DNA of 63,963 nucleotides, filler included, from Acidimicrobiia bacterium (GTDB lineage: Bacteria > Actinomycetota > Acidimicrobiia > Spongiisociales > CAZKJJ01), in assembly GCA_046759765.1 (NCBI GenBank). It is 3 parts of 3 records of this genome, joined end to end, with 100 filler letters (N's around TTAATTAATTAA, not from the genome) between each part and the next. Parts side by side here need not be neighbours in the genome. Positions count along the whole stretch, not along the records: positions 29,165 to 57,325 come from JBHICV010000017.1; 2 more parts are not named here. The stretch is one strand, 5' to 3'. Positions 32,175-41,367 of this stretch are shown here, one piece after another. Below the pieces are notes generated by a model. It was given only the letters and a program-made list of their open reading frames with translations. It did no database searches and was not told where the DNA came from. The stretch's first letter is position 1. Each line of letters starts with the position of its first letter. Made by a program: the position numbers and the translations under genes.

Positions 32175-33143
32175 CTAACTAGAGCCGCCTGGAAGGAATC
32201 CAATCCTCTTCGAGGCACCCGAGGCGGTGGATTGGCGTTGCTCCGGCCGTTCGCTACCGGGCCGGCCAACACCCCACTCCCATCGGGAACCGTTCTCGCT
32301 GACTTCGAGCTCGACATGGACTTGATCGCCAGCCTCGACGCGAATCGGTTTAGCAAGCGGAAGGAAACCGTGGAACCAGCTCTTGCATCGGTTGGGCGGG
32401 ACGGTATCGATCCAGATACCAGCGCTCAGCTCGCCTTTGAACCAACACCCGAGGCCGTGAACCGTACCGTCGCGCTTGACAGCGAGGGATTCACGGGCGG
32501 CGAGTGTCGACGACGAGACCTCGATTAAGGACACCGTAAGCGAAATTGAAGGCTCCCCCAGAACATGTGCAGGGGAGAAGTCGGTCGACCACAAAGTATT
32601 GGCGGCCAGCTCCTGGGCCGGGGAGAGGTCAATTGTGTAGCGACCGTCCCCCCAGCGAGCGACCTCGGCATAATCGAACGAGCTCTCCACCAGACCTACC
32701 TCGAGGGTCAGCTTCTGCGGGATGATCCGGCCGCCCCCGCGCAGAAAGCGGTCTCTGGCGTCGGCTACGGTGCCCACGATGCCTTCGTCGAAGGCGGCGT
32801 TGCCAATCGTCTCGGTAACTATGACATCAACCGCCTCGGGGAGATCGATGTCGGTCGACCAGTCGTTGATGAACACCACCTTCTCCGAGAACCCGTTCTG
32901 CTCGCAGATCTGGCGGGCCAACTCCACCACCGGGCCCTGTTCCACCGCGTAGATCCGCTTCGCACCTGCCAGGGCAACAAAGTAGGCGAGGATCCCGGTC
33001 CCAGTCCCCAAGTCCAGCACTACGTCGCCTGGTCGCACCGTGGCCAGGATCGCCTTCAGGTAGCCGTCGGTTCGTTTCCGGTCGTCCAACATCTCGCGAT
33101 GAAAGGCGAGCGTCTGGGCTCCAGTGTCGTCATAGGCTGTCAC
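32175..33143 (-). CDS. Eukaryote-like protein arginine N-methyltransferase (PRMT fold)
   Basis: H.EML.D..RT..Y, motif I VLDLGTGTGIL, post-I YAVE, double-E loop VIVTETIGNAAFDE, motif III RFLRGGGRIIP, beta-barrel VHGLGCWF, THW-like KSW. Confidence 0.85.
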   Translation of the reverse strand: MTAYDDTGAQTLAFHREMLDDRKRTDGYLKAILATVRPGDVVLDLGTGTGILAYFVALAGAKRIYAVEQGPVVELARQICEQNGFSEKVVFINDWSTDIDLPEAVDVIVTETIGNAAFDEGIVGTVADARDRFLRGGGRIIPQKLTLEVGLVESSFDYAEVARWGDGRYTIDLSPAQELAANTLWSTDFSPAHVLGEPSISLTVSLIEVSSSTLAARESLAVKRDGTVHGLGCWFKGELSAGIWIDTVPPNRCKSWFHGFLPLAKPIRVEAGDQVHVELEVSENGSRWEWGVGRPGSERPEQRQSTASGASKRIGFLPGGSS

Positions 33144-33190
33144 CGCCGGAATGCTCGCAGATCGGGCTGGCGGCGGCGGAAGGGGAGCGT

Positions 33191-34588
33191 ATGGACACTT
33201 ACGAGATGATCACGATCGGCTCGGGACCGGCCGGTGAGAAGGCTGCCACCCAAGCCGCTTACTTTGGCAAGCGCGTCGCCGTGATCGACCGCGACGCTCG
33301 TCCCGGCGGAGCACCGGTGAACAGCGGCGGCATCCCCACCAAGACGCTCCGGGAGACCGCCCTCTAGCTGACGGGTTTCCGTCGCGAGGTCTACGGCGTG
33401 GGCCTGGGCTTGAGTCCTGAGTTCACCTTGGAGCGACTCAAAGCAAGGGCGGCAGAAGTACAGGAGGCCATGGGGGCCACCGTGGCCGAGAACCTCGAAC
33501 GCCACAGGATCCAGTTTGTTCACGGGGAAGCCTCCTCCCTTGGGCCGCAGCGTGAGGTTCTCGTTACGACGGGCGACGGGTCGCGGAAGGAGCTGGCTGC
33601 CGACATCGTTCTGATCGCCACGGGATCGCGACCCTGGCACGCTCCGGGGGTGCCGTTCGACGACCCGGACGTATACGACTCGGAGACGATACTGGGACTC
33701 GATGGGATCCCTGAGAGCTTGGTCGTGATTGGAGCGGGGCCGGTGGGGTCCGAGTACGCATCAGTATTCACCGCCTTGGGCGTCGATGTCACTCTGATCG
33801 ACATGGCCGACCGACTCGTCCCTTTCCTCGACGCCGAGGTGGCTGATGTCTTGCGCCAGGTCTTCGAAGAAGGAGGCATGTCGGTGGTGCTTGGCACAGG
33901 CGGACAGGTCGATCGGGCGAATGGCACCCTCCGAGTGACGTTGGATAACGGGGATGTACTGGAACCGGAGAACGTCCTCTTCGCGGCTGGAAGGCTCGGC
34001 AACACAGAGAACCTCGGGCTCCAGGAAGCCGGGGTGGATCTGGATGACCGGGGCCGGATCATCGTCGACGCCCACTATCAGACTTCCGCAGCCGGGATCT
34101 ACGCAGCAGGCGATGTGATCGGACCGCCTGCGCTGGGCTCTGTCTCAGCCGAGCAGGGTCGGGTAGCGGCCTGTCACGCGTTCGGCATTCCATTCAAGGA
34201 GACCGTGGATCCGCTTCCACCGTACGGCGTTTACTCAATTCCGGAGGTAGGTATGGTCGGTCTGACCGAGGAAGCAGCAGCAGAGGCGGGACTGGACTAC
34301 GAGGTCGGCAAGGCCTGGTTCGCTGACAATGCCCGGAGCTGGATAGCCGCCACCAGACAGGGTCTCGTGAAGTTGGTGCTCTCTAGAGAGGATCGGCGTC
34401 TGATTGGTGCCCACGTTGTCGGTGAGGAAGCGTCGGAGCTCATCCACCAGGCGCAAGCGATCATTCATGCCGATGGCACGATCGACCAGTTCATCAACTC
34501 GACCTACAACATTCCCACCAGGTCAGAGGCCTTCAAGTACGCCGCCTACGACGCGCTTCAGCGGCTGAGCGGCAGCCGACTGCGCTAG
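33191..34588 (+). pseudogene. sthA: Soluble pyridine nucleotide transhydrogenase-like flavoprotein with an in-frame amber stop
   Basis: MDTYEMITIGSGPAGEKAATQAAYFGK...GIPTKTLRETAL*LTG; TAG at 33365-33367 is in frame with the 33398-34588 ORF (GAGPVG.EYAS, YAAGDVIGPPAL, YNIPT.SEAFKYAA). Confidence 0.8.
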
Positions 34589-35586
34589 GCGTGTAGCTCC
34601 ACCACGTCTCCGTCCGCGAGCACGTGGTCCCGTCCAACCTGTTGCCCGTCGAAGGTGGCAGGACCCCACACCCGCGCATACCGGAAGCCGGACGCAATGT
34701 CGCGATGGACAAGAGTCGCCAGGTCAACCACCGTGTCGCCGGCTCTGAGTGTGTAAGGTCGCCCGAGGTCGGGAGCGTGTCCCGGCATCTTCGTGTAGAC
34801 CCGGACAATCCGGAGATGCTCGAACAACCATGCCGCGAGTTCCTCCGTGCCTTCTCCGGTCTCAGCGGAAACGGCGAGAGTTGGGTAGTCGACCTCAGTT
34901 AGTTCCTCGAGCACGGAAAGCTCTCCGACCGGATCCGCCAGAGTGTCCGATTTGTTGGCGACGAGCAGGGCGGGTACGAGCTTCGTAAAGAGATCACCAT
35001 TTTTGGTTGCCGCGTCCCAGTCGCCGGTCAGTATTACCTTTCGTTCGCCCAAGAGACCGTGGATCTCTAGAACCTGGGCTACGCAGTCGGGGTTCCCGAG
35101 GTCGACAACCAGCAGGGCACCGTCGGTGGCATAGAGCGTGTTCCCGATCCAAGGCACCGGATGCGACTTGGCAAGGGGAGGGAGGTCGAGCAGCTGGAGA
35201 GCGATGTCCTCAAACGGCATCATGCCTGGCTGTGGGTATTGAGTCGTGAACGGGTAAGGACCGACGGGTGCGTGAGACCCGGTCAGTCGGTCGTGGAGCG
35301 TTGACTTGCCTGAATTGGGCGGGCCGAGCAGGGCAAGTTGTGCGGCGCCCTCAGGCCGGATCACCGTCACAGGGCCGCCACGTGTCCCAACCTTGGCGGG
35401 TGCCTCGAGGTCTTCTCTTAGCTCCTTGATCTTGGTCTTGATGTCAGCGCGGAGGTGTTCGGTTCCTTTGTGTTTGGGGATGGTGCGAAGCATTTCCCGT
35501 AGCGCCTCGAGTCGGTCTTTCGGGTCCCGAGCGCGGCGGTAGGCCAATTCGGCATCTTTGTACTCAGGTGTGAGATTGGCCGGCAT
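34585..35586 (-). CDS. DRG/Rbg1-like OBG-family GTPase with a TGS domain
   Basis: MPANLTPEY, IPKHKGTEHL, GPPNSGKST, YPFTT, DLPP, NKSD, IVRVYTK, VGRDHVLADGDVVELH. Confidence 0.88.
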   Translation of the reverse strand: MPANLTPEYKDAELAYRRARDPKDRLEALREMLRTIPKHKGTEHLRADIKTKIKELREDLEAPAKVGTRGGPVTVIRPEGAAQLALLGPPNSGKSTLHDRLTGSHAPVGPYPFTTQYPQPGMMPFEDIALQLLDLPPLAKSHPVPWIGNTLYATDGALLVVDLGNPDCVAQVLEIHGLLGERKVILTGDWDAATKNGDLFTKLVPALLVANKSDTLADPVGELSVLEELTEVDYPTLAVSAETGEGTEELAAWLFEHLRIVRVYTKMPGHAPDLGRPYTLRAGDTVVDLATLVHRDIASGFRYARVWGPATFDGQQVGRDHVLADGDVVELHA

Positions 35587-35691
35587 CGCGGTGGCCTATG
35601 TTGCACCGTGACCCGACCAAGGGCCAGTCGTCGACGCCGGCGACAGTGCTCCGGTCTCTATTCTGCGGCGCGGCAGAATCACGGGATCATC

Positions 35692-35967
35692 GTGGCCCTC
35701 ACCGCTAAGCAGCTGGCAGAGCTTCTTTCGGAGACCGCCGCGCGACACCACGACGCTTACCGCGCCACAGACGGCTATGACCCGTCCTGGCCCGAGTGGT
35801 ACGCGGAGCATCTATACCAGCACCTCAAGGACCGGATTGAGCCTGCGCCCTCACAGCAGAAGCTCGAGTCGCTTCTCAGGAGCGCCGACGAAGCGTTCAC
35901 GGCCGACGGGCTGCCCTTCGATGAGTGGCCGAGCTACTACGCCGAATTCTTCCTCGCTCGGCTGTGA
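35692..35967 (+). CDS. Hypothetical protein
   Basis: HHDAY...DG.DP.WPEWYAE and a repeated WPSYYAE motif; GC3-rich codons. Confidence 0.65.
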   Translation: MALTAKQLAELLSETAARHHDAYRATDGYDPSWPEWYAEHLYQHLKDRIEPAPSQQKLESLLRSADEAFTADGLPFDEWPSYYAEFFLARL

Positions 35968-36006
35968 CTCTGCGCTCCTCCCGGACAGCTACGCTTCCGC
36001 TTCGGA

Positions 36007-36363
36007 GTGGACATCGAGACGATCGACCGAGAAGAGCTGAAGCACAAGCTCGACGCCGGAGAGAACTTCAAGCTGGTCATGACCCTTCACGATTGGGCCT
36101 TCCGCGCACTTCACATTCCGGGATCGATCCATTTCCATACGGTCGAGCAGGCAGCCGAAGCGCTGGACACGGACGACGAGATCGTCGTGTACTGCTCTGA
36201 CGAGGCGTGCGTCGCCAGCCAAATCGCCTACCAATGGCTCGTGGAGAACGGCTATGAAAACGTGCGTCGCTACGCCGGCGGGTTGGCCGACTGGTCGGCG
36301 GCTGGCTATCCACTCGAAGGCGAGTCCGCCGACGATCCTCGATTCGCGGGCACCGTCTCCTAA
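36007..36363 (+). CDS. Rhodanese-like domain protein
   Basis: HIPGSI, IVVYCS...C..S, YAGGLADW..AGYP. Confidence 0.9.
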   Translation: MDIETIDREELKHKLDAGENFKLVMTLHDWAFRALHIPGSIHFHTVEQAAEALDTDDEIVVYCSDEACVASQIAYQWLVENGYENVRRYAGGLADWSAAGYPLEGESADDPRFAGTVS

Positions 36364-36440
36364 GAACCCTCAGCTCCACGGGCGGACGATCGATCCCCGA
36401 CTCGCGACAAGCAGACCTCTACCCTTCCGGAGGGATTCCG

Positions 36441-36935
36441 ATGAAGGGCGCGGTGCAGCCGGAAGATGCGCGGGATTTCCGCGACATGCTCGGCAATTTC
36501 GCGACCGGTGTGGTGGTGGTGACCGGGCTCCACGATGACAACCCCGTTGGTTTCTCGGTCAACTCGTTCACCTCCGTGTCGCTGGAGCCTCCGCTCGTCC
36601 TGTTCTGTATTGCACGAGAGTCCACGACTTGGCCCAAAATTCGAGCATCCGGGGTTTTCGCCGTGAACGTACTAACAGAACAGCAAGAAGACCTGTGCCG
36701 TACGTTTGCGTCCCCGGGTCTAGAACGGTTTGATGGCGTCGCCTGGAGCCAGGCGCCCTCCGGTTCTCCGATTCTCGATGAGGCCTTGGCGTGGCTCGAT
36801 TGCACCACCGACGCCGTCCATCCGGGCGGAGACCACGAGATCGTCTTGGGACGCGTGGCGGCTATGGGCCTACCGGACGCGACCCGGCAGCCTCTCATCT
36901 TCTACCGGGGCTCGTATCACCGACTCTACCCGTAG
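36441..36935 (+). CDS. Flavin reductase family protein
   Basis: FATGVVVVT, NSFTSVSLEPPLV, GGDHEIVLG, PLIFYRG. Confidence 0.93.
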   Translation: MKGAVQPEDARDFRDMLGNFATGVVVVTGLHDDNPVGFSVNSFTSVSLEPPLVLFCIARESTTWPKIRASGVFAVNVLTEQQEDLCRTFASPGLERFDGVAWSQAPSGSPILDEALAWLDCTTDAVHPGGDHEIVLGRVAAMGLPDATRQPLIFYRGSYHRLYP

Positions 36936-36990
36936 GAGCTGAGCAGACGGTCTGTGCGGTTTTGGTAGCCTCCTGCGGCCAACAAGGAGG

Positions 36991-37353
36991 GTGCTCATTA
37001 CTTTCTGGAACGTCTTCTGGCTACTGATCTGGCTCTGGTTCCTGGTCGTCATCTTCTGGATCTTCATCCGGATTTTCATCGATATCTTCCGTCGGGAGGA
37101 TCTGTCGGGCTGGGCGAAAGCCGGGTGGGTGATTCTCATCGTGCTGCTGCCGTTTCTAGGCGCATTGATCTATATCATCGCCCGTCCCAAGATGACGGAG
37201 CAAGACAAACGGGAGATGGAGGCCTACGAGCAGGTTCAGAGGCGCGCGGCCGGCTATTCCTCAGCCGACGAGATCACCAAGCTAAAGAAGCTGCACTCCG
37301 AGGGAACGCTGTCCGACGAGGAATACGAGGCACTCAAAGCCCAAGCGATGTAG
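36991..37353 (+). CDS. Small membrane protein, PLDc N-terminal-like plus SHOCT
   Basis: DIFRREDLSGWAKAGW..LPFLG..IYIIAR; C-terminal ADEITKLKKLHSEG.LSDEEYEALKA. Confidence 0.85.
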   Translation: MLITFWNVFWLLIWLWFLVVIFWIFIRIFIDIFRREDLSGWAKAGWVILIVLLPFLGALIYIIARPKMTEQDKREMEAYEQVQRRAAGYSSADEITKLKKLHSEGTLSDEEYEALKAQAM

Positions 37354-37356
37354 CCG

Positions 37357-38148
37357 TCAGAGAGTCCCGAACAGGTCTCCGAGCTCCACCGGCAAGGAGA
37401 CGACGATGACTGTGCCCACGACAAGGAAGACAGTGGCCACCCCGACCATTATCTTCCGGTTTCTGGGACGCTGCATCTTCGTCGACACGCCGGCGAAGAA
37501 CAGCACGGACGCAAAGAGGACGGCCGTCAGAACGTAGTCGTCAGAAGTCTGGTTGGCGACGAGCGCCGCGCTTCGGTGCTCGTCGGCCAGTGCTTGCAGA
37601 CGGTCGGCCTCCTGTGCGGCCTCCAGCTGGTACTCCGGCATCTCGAACGGCGACTTGGGCGCCTCGGGATTGGTCACGGGCTCGAGAGCCAGCCAGGCGT
37701 CCATGGCAGGGCGAAACTCGGGGCGAAAGCGTTCGAAGAGAAAGCCCGAGAGAGTGCCGGGCGTGGGTTGGTATCCCTGGCCCGGCTCGACAGAAATCGC
37801 GCCAGCATTCAGATCGTCGTTGAGAGCTGCCAGCCAGTTCGTGAAGAGCCCTACGTCAACCTGGGCCTGCTGCCCCGCCAGAGTGTCAAAACGCGTGGAC
37901 TCGGTGCGGGCTGTTCCGGCCGAGTTGAAGTCGATCGACATGACACCACTCCATTTGGCGCTCTGGAACGCTGACCAAGCGGTTAGGACCGCCGCAACGG
38001 CGAGAATGATCGTGGACAGCAGCTCCACCCGGTCGGTGGCCTGAATCCCCAGAAAGGAGACTCCTTCATCCGGGGCGCTCTGCGCCGGCGGCCCGGGACC
38101 TGGCTCGGCCTCGTCTGAGGCTGGTTGGCTTTCGGCGGCATCGGACAT
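37357..38148 (-). CDS. Hypothetical membrane protein
   Basis: TM at LAVAAVLTAWSAFQSAKW, soluble domain with SPF.MPEY, two C-terminal TMs. Confidence 0.75.
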   Translation of the reverse strand: MSDAAESQPASDEAEPGPGPPAQSAPDEGVSFLGIQATDRVELLSTIILAVAAVLTAWSAFQSAKWSGVMSIDFNSAGTARTESTRFDTLAGQQAQVDVGLFTNWLAALNDDLNAGAISVEPGQGYQPTPGTLSGFLFERFRPEFRPAMDAWLALEPVTNPEAPKSPFEMPEYQLEAAQEADRLQALADEHRSAALVANQTSDDYVLTAVLFASVLFFAGVSTKMQRPRNRKIMVGVATVFLVVGTVIVVSLPVELGDLFGTL

Positions 38149-38196
38149 GGCGGCTGGAGGATAGTGGTCCCGCGGGTGGTCCCCGATGGAGGGCCG

Positions 38197-39981
38197 TCAG
38201 CCTCCGTAGATGCCCGAGATCACCATGGCGTACTTGTCAGTGACCACGTTGCGCTTGACCTTCAGGGAAGGTGTCAGCTCTCCGCCCTCGATCGTGAAAT
38301 CCTCGGGAAGGATACGGAAAGTTCGGATTGACTCCGCCCGAGAAACGGCCTTGTTGGCCTCATCAACCGCGACTTGAACAGTCGCAATCAGGTCCTCGTC
38401 ATCGACCAGATCGGCGACCGTCTTGCCTTCCTTCTCTGCCTGAGCGGCCCAAGCGGGGAATGCCTCCTCGTCGATCGTCACCAAGGCCGCAATGAAGGGC
38501 TGGCCGTCACCTATCACTACGCATTGGCTGACCAGAGCGTGAGCCCGCAATCGGTCCTCTAGAACCGCCGGTGCCACATTCTTACCACCAGCAGTGACCA
38601 GGAGCTCCTTCTTTCTGCCAGTGATCCGGAGATAGCCGTCTTCGTCCAGCTCCCCGATGTCACCGGAGCGGAACCATCCATCTGATGTGAACGCTTCTTG
38701 CGTGGCGGTCTCATTGTTCCAATACCCCTGGAACACGCAGCCCGCCTTCAGAAGTACCTCGCCGTCCTCTGCGATCTTGACGGCGGCGCCAGGCAGTGGC
38801 TTCCCAACGGTGCCGACTCGAGTCTCCGCCGGTGTGTTGAGGGTGATGGCGGCAGTGGTTTCGGTAAGTCCGTATCCCTCGAAGGTCGATATCCCGATGC
38901 CTCTGAAGAAATGGCCTAGTCGCTCACCGAGGGGAGCGGCACCGGATATGGCGTACTCGAGATTGCCTCCCGTGACGTCGCGAAGCTTCGAGTAGACAAG
39001 CCGGTCGAAGATGGGGTGAAGAATGCGCGTCTTTAGGCTGGGCTTGTCTCCTTGCTGAGATGAGTCGATGGCCACCTGAGCCGCCATATCGAAGATCCGC
39101 CCCTTGCCTTCGGCATCGGCCTTGGTCTTGGCTCTGTTATAGATCTTTTCGAAGACCCTGGGTATCGAAACCAGGTACCCGGGCTTGACGATGGCCAGCT
39201 CCTCGACGAGGTTCTGTATCCCAGTCGTGTAGGCGATCTTTACCCCACCTGTGAAGCTGGCAACGACTACGACTCTTGCCAAGACGTGCGCAAGCGTCAG
39301 GAATTGGTAGGTCACTCGACCGGGGGTGAGTAGGTCAGGAAGGGAACCAATGGTGTGGCGGACCTCCCAGATGAGGTTGCCGTGGGTGATGATGCACCCT
39401 TTGGGACGCCCAGTGGTTCCCGACGTGTAGACGAGGGTCGCCAGGTCGGAGTGCGAGATCGCCGCCCGGCGTCGATCAGCCTCGGCCTGCTCCGCGTCGC
39501 CGGCAAGACCCGAGATCTGCTCGATCGCACCGTTGTCGATAACGAACACGTGCTTGCAGTCCGGCACTCGGTCTGCGACCTCCTCGTAGACCGCTCTGAG
39601 GTTGTCGTCTGCGCAGATAAGGGCAACGGCCCCGCTGTCGCTGAGGATCCACTCGACCTGCTCCGCCGAGTCTGTTTCGTAGATTGTCACGGTCGCGCAC
39701 CCCACCGCCAGAATGGCGTAGTCGACGTAGGTGAACTCCACGCGAGTAGGGGAGAAGATGGCGATTCGGGACCCGGGCTCGATGCCCAGCGCCACGAACC
39801 CAGCCGCCAGCTCTTGCACCGTGTCGGCAAACTCCGAGGTGGTCACGTCCTCATAGGCGTCGCCGCGGCGAAACGCGAGCGCGGGCACATTGGGAAACCG
39901 CTCGGCTCGATCGAAAAGGGCAGCCACGACGTTGTCGCCTCTATCGATCGTGAGTTCGCCCGCTTCCGTGTATTCCTGCAT
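38197..39981 (-). CDS. Long-chain fatty acid--CoA ligase
   Basis: YTSGTTGRPKG, EGYGLTET, GWFRSGDIG, GRKKELLVTAGGKNVAP, ELTPSLKVKR. Confidence 0.93.
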   Translation of the reverse strand: MQEYTEAGELTIDRGDNVVAALFDRAERFPNVPALAFRRGDAYEDVTTSEFADTVQELAAGFVALGIEPGSRIAIFSPTRVEFTYVDYAILAVGCATVTIYETDSAEQVEWILSDSGAVALICADDNLRAVYEEVADRVPDCKHVFVIDNGAIEQISGLAGDAEQAEADRRRAAISHSDLATLVYTSGTTGRPKGCIITHGNLIWEVRHTIGSLPDLLTPGRVTYQFLTLAHVLARVVVVASFTGGVKIAYTTGIQNLVEELAIVKPGYLVSIPRVFEKIYNRAKTKADAEGKGRIFDMAAQVAIDSSQQGDKPSLKTRILHPIFDRLVYSKLRDVTGGNLEYAISGAAPLGERLGHFFRGIGISTFEGYGLTETTAAITLNTPAETRVGTVGKPLPGAAVKIAEDGEVLLKAGCVFQGYWNNETATQEAFTSDGWFRSGDIGELDEDGYLRITGRKKELLVTAGGKNVAPAVLEDRLRAHALVSQCVVIGDGQPFIAALVTIDEEAFPAWAAQAEKEGKTVADLVDDEDLIATVQVAVDEANKAVSRAESIRTFRILPEDFTIEGGELTPSLKVKRNVVTDKYAMVISGIYGG

Positions 39982-40043
39982 TTAGCCCACCCCTGGCTCG
40001 CGTCGGCGGGGAGTCTAACGAGGGGGTCGAGAGCGAGGCCGGC

Positions 40044-40994
40044 CTAAGCGGCCGTGCCGAGATGAGTCTCGAGAATCGACCAGACGCTGGGGTGAGAGAG
40101 CATGCCGTGCATCGACTCGAGCGACCCGATAAACGAGGAGACGGCGGCGTCGGACCGCATCGGGTTGGACCGCATCACGGAGAGCACATCCTCTCCCGGA
40201 CGCAGGACTAAAACCTTCGAGTCGGGCCAGGCCTGTTCGATGAGCTCAACCTCCTCGGAGAGCCTCTGCCAGCCCGCATGGTCGAGCAGCTGCTCGTAGA
40301 GAGCTGCTCCGTTCCTTGTCTTCTCCGCCGCAAGCGGCGCCAAAACGATCACCAGGTCGAGGGGCTCGGGGTTGCCGAGGACGAGGTCGGCATGGGTCCC
40401 CGAAGCCACGCCCCCATCAACGTAAGCGCTTCCGTTGATCTCATAGGGATGGAACAAGACCGGAATGGCAGACGAAGCGGCAACAGCTTCGCGCAGCGTG
40501 ACTTCGGGCGCCTCGTGAGTGCCGAAGGCAACCCGCTTCTTGGCAGAGATGTCGAAGGCGACAATGACCGTCGGCCGAGGTGGCCAACCGTCCACGCCGG
40601 GACCGGCCTGCTCAGCCAGCCAGTCCGAAATGCCCGCGGGATCGTAGGGCGCAGGGCAGCCAAGCATCATCGTTAGGCCTGGTCGGCGGAGCCCAGGGAT
40701 AACCCCATGACGCAGCCAGCGTCCGAAGCCGTTGACCTTCGCCCTGCGATAGACGTGAGAGCGGATCCTCATAGCGATGTCGACGTCAGTGTCGGTGGGG
40801 CGGGCGATCGAATCGAGGTGTAGCGCGTCTTCCCTGACAAGAGCGCCTACGTAGGCGCCGGCCGAGGTTCCGACGACGACGTCGGCGGAGTTCGGATCCC
40901 AACCGGTGGCCATTTCGATCGCGAACAAGGCGGCTAACTCCCAAGAAGCGCCAGTGACTCCGCCCCCACCTAGGACCAGGCCCACTTTGCTCAC
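40044..40994 (-). CDS. Patatin-like phospholipase
   Basis: LGGGG, GTSAG, ASSAIP, YVDGG. Confidence 0.92.
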   Translation of the reverse strand: MSKVGLVLGGGGVTGASWELAALFAIEMATGWDPNSADVVVGTSAGAYVGALVREDALHLDSIARPTDTDVDIAMRIRSHVYRRAKVNGFGRWLRHGVIPGLRRPGLTMMLGCPAPYDPAGISDWLAEQAGPGVDGWPPRPTVIVAFDISAKKRVAFGTHEAPEVTLREAVAASSAIPVLFHPYEINGSAYVDGGVASGTHADLVLGNPEPLDLVIVLAPLAAEKTRNGAALYEQLLDHAGWQRLSEEVELIEQAWPDSKVLVLRPGEDVLSVMRSNPMRSDAAVSSFIGSLESMHGMLSHPSVWSILETHLGTAA

Positions 40995-41038
40995 AAAACG
41001 GCCAGGCTACTTCGGTTCAGCCAGTTTGCGGTTAATGG

Positions 41039-41239
41039 TTAGCCAAATCGGCGGCCGCAACCCGGGCAGCGGGCGTCGTTCTCGGAAGTGGCGGCGCGAC
41101 ACCAGGGACAGGGGAGATCCTCGGTGCTCTCTTCGGAGACAGGAGCCTCAATTGCCATCGTGAGCGCTCTTCCGCCGACAGTTCGGATGGCGAGAATCGC
41201 GCCAGTGATGAACGTAGCGACGATCAACCATTCAGCCAC
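41039..41239 (-). CDS. Small membrane-anchored zinc-ribbon protein
   Basis: N-terminal TM, CPWC...CPGC; GGAGG RBS. Confidence 0.65.
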   Translation of the reverse strand: MAEWLIVATFITGAILAIRTVGGRALTMAIEAPVSEESTEDLPCPWCRAATSENDARCPGCGRRFG

Positions 41240-41336
41240 GTCTACACCTCCCTACCGGATCCCGAGGTTAGGAGGTAGTCACTTGACAACGGTGGATTTG
41301 AGCCCGGCTGAGCCGCGTTCTCCAGCGCTCAGGCGA

Positions 41337-41367
41337 TTCCGACTGATTGCTGACGGCTGATAGCTTC
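41337..41367. repeat. Heptamer-periodic repeat, copy 5
   Basis: The minus strand reads TAG-gaagctatcagccgtcagcaatcagtcggaa, nearly identical to 22921-22950; contains TTCCGACTGAT. Confidence 0.8.

Noticed and set aside
33365..33367. Pyrrolysine recoding of the sthA amber codon
   Set aside because: No pyl genes or tRNA in the window; a Tyr-to-stop point change is more parsimonious.
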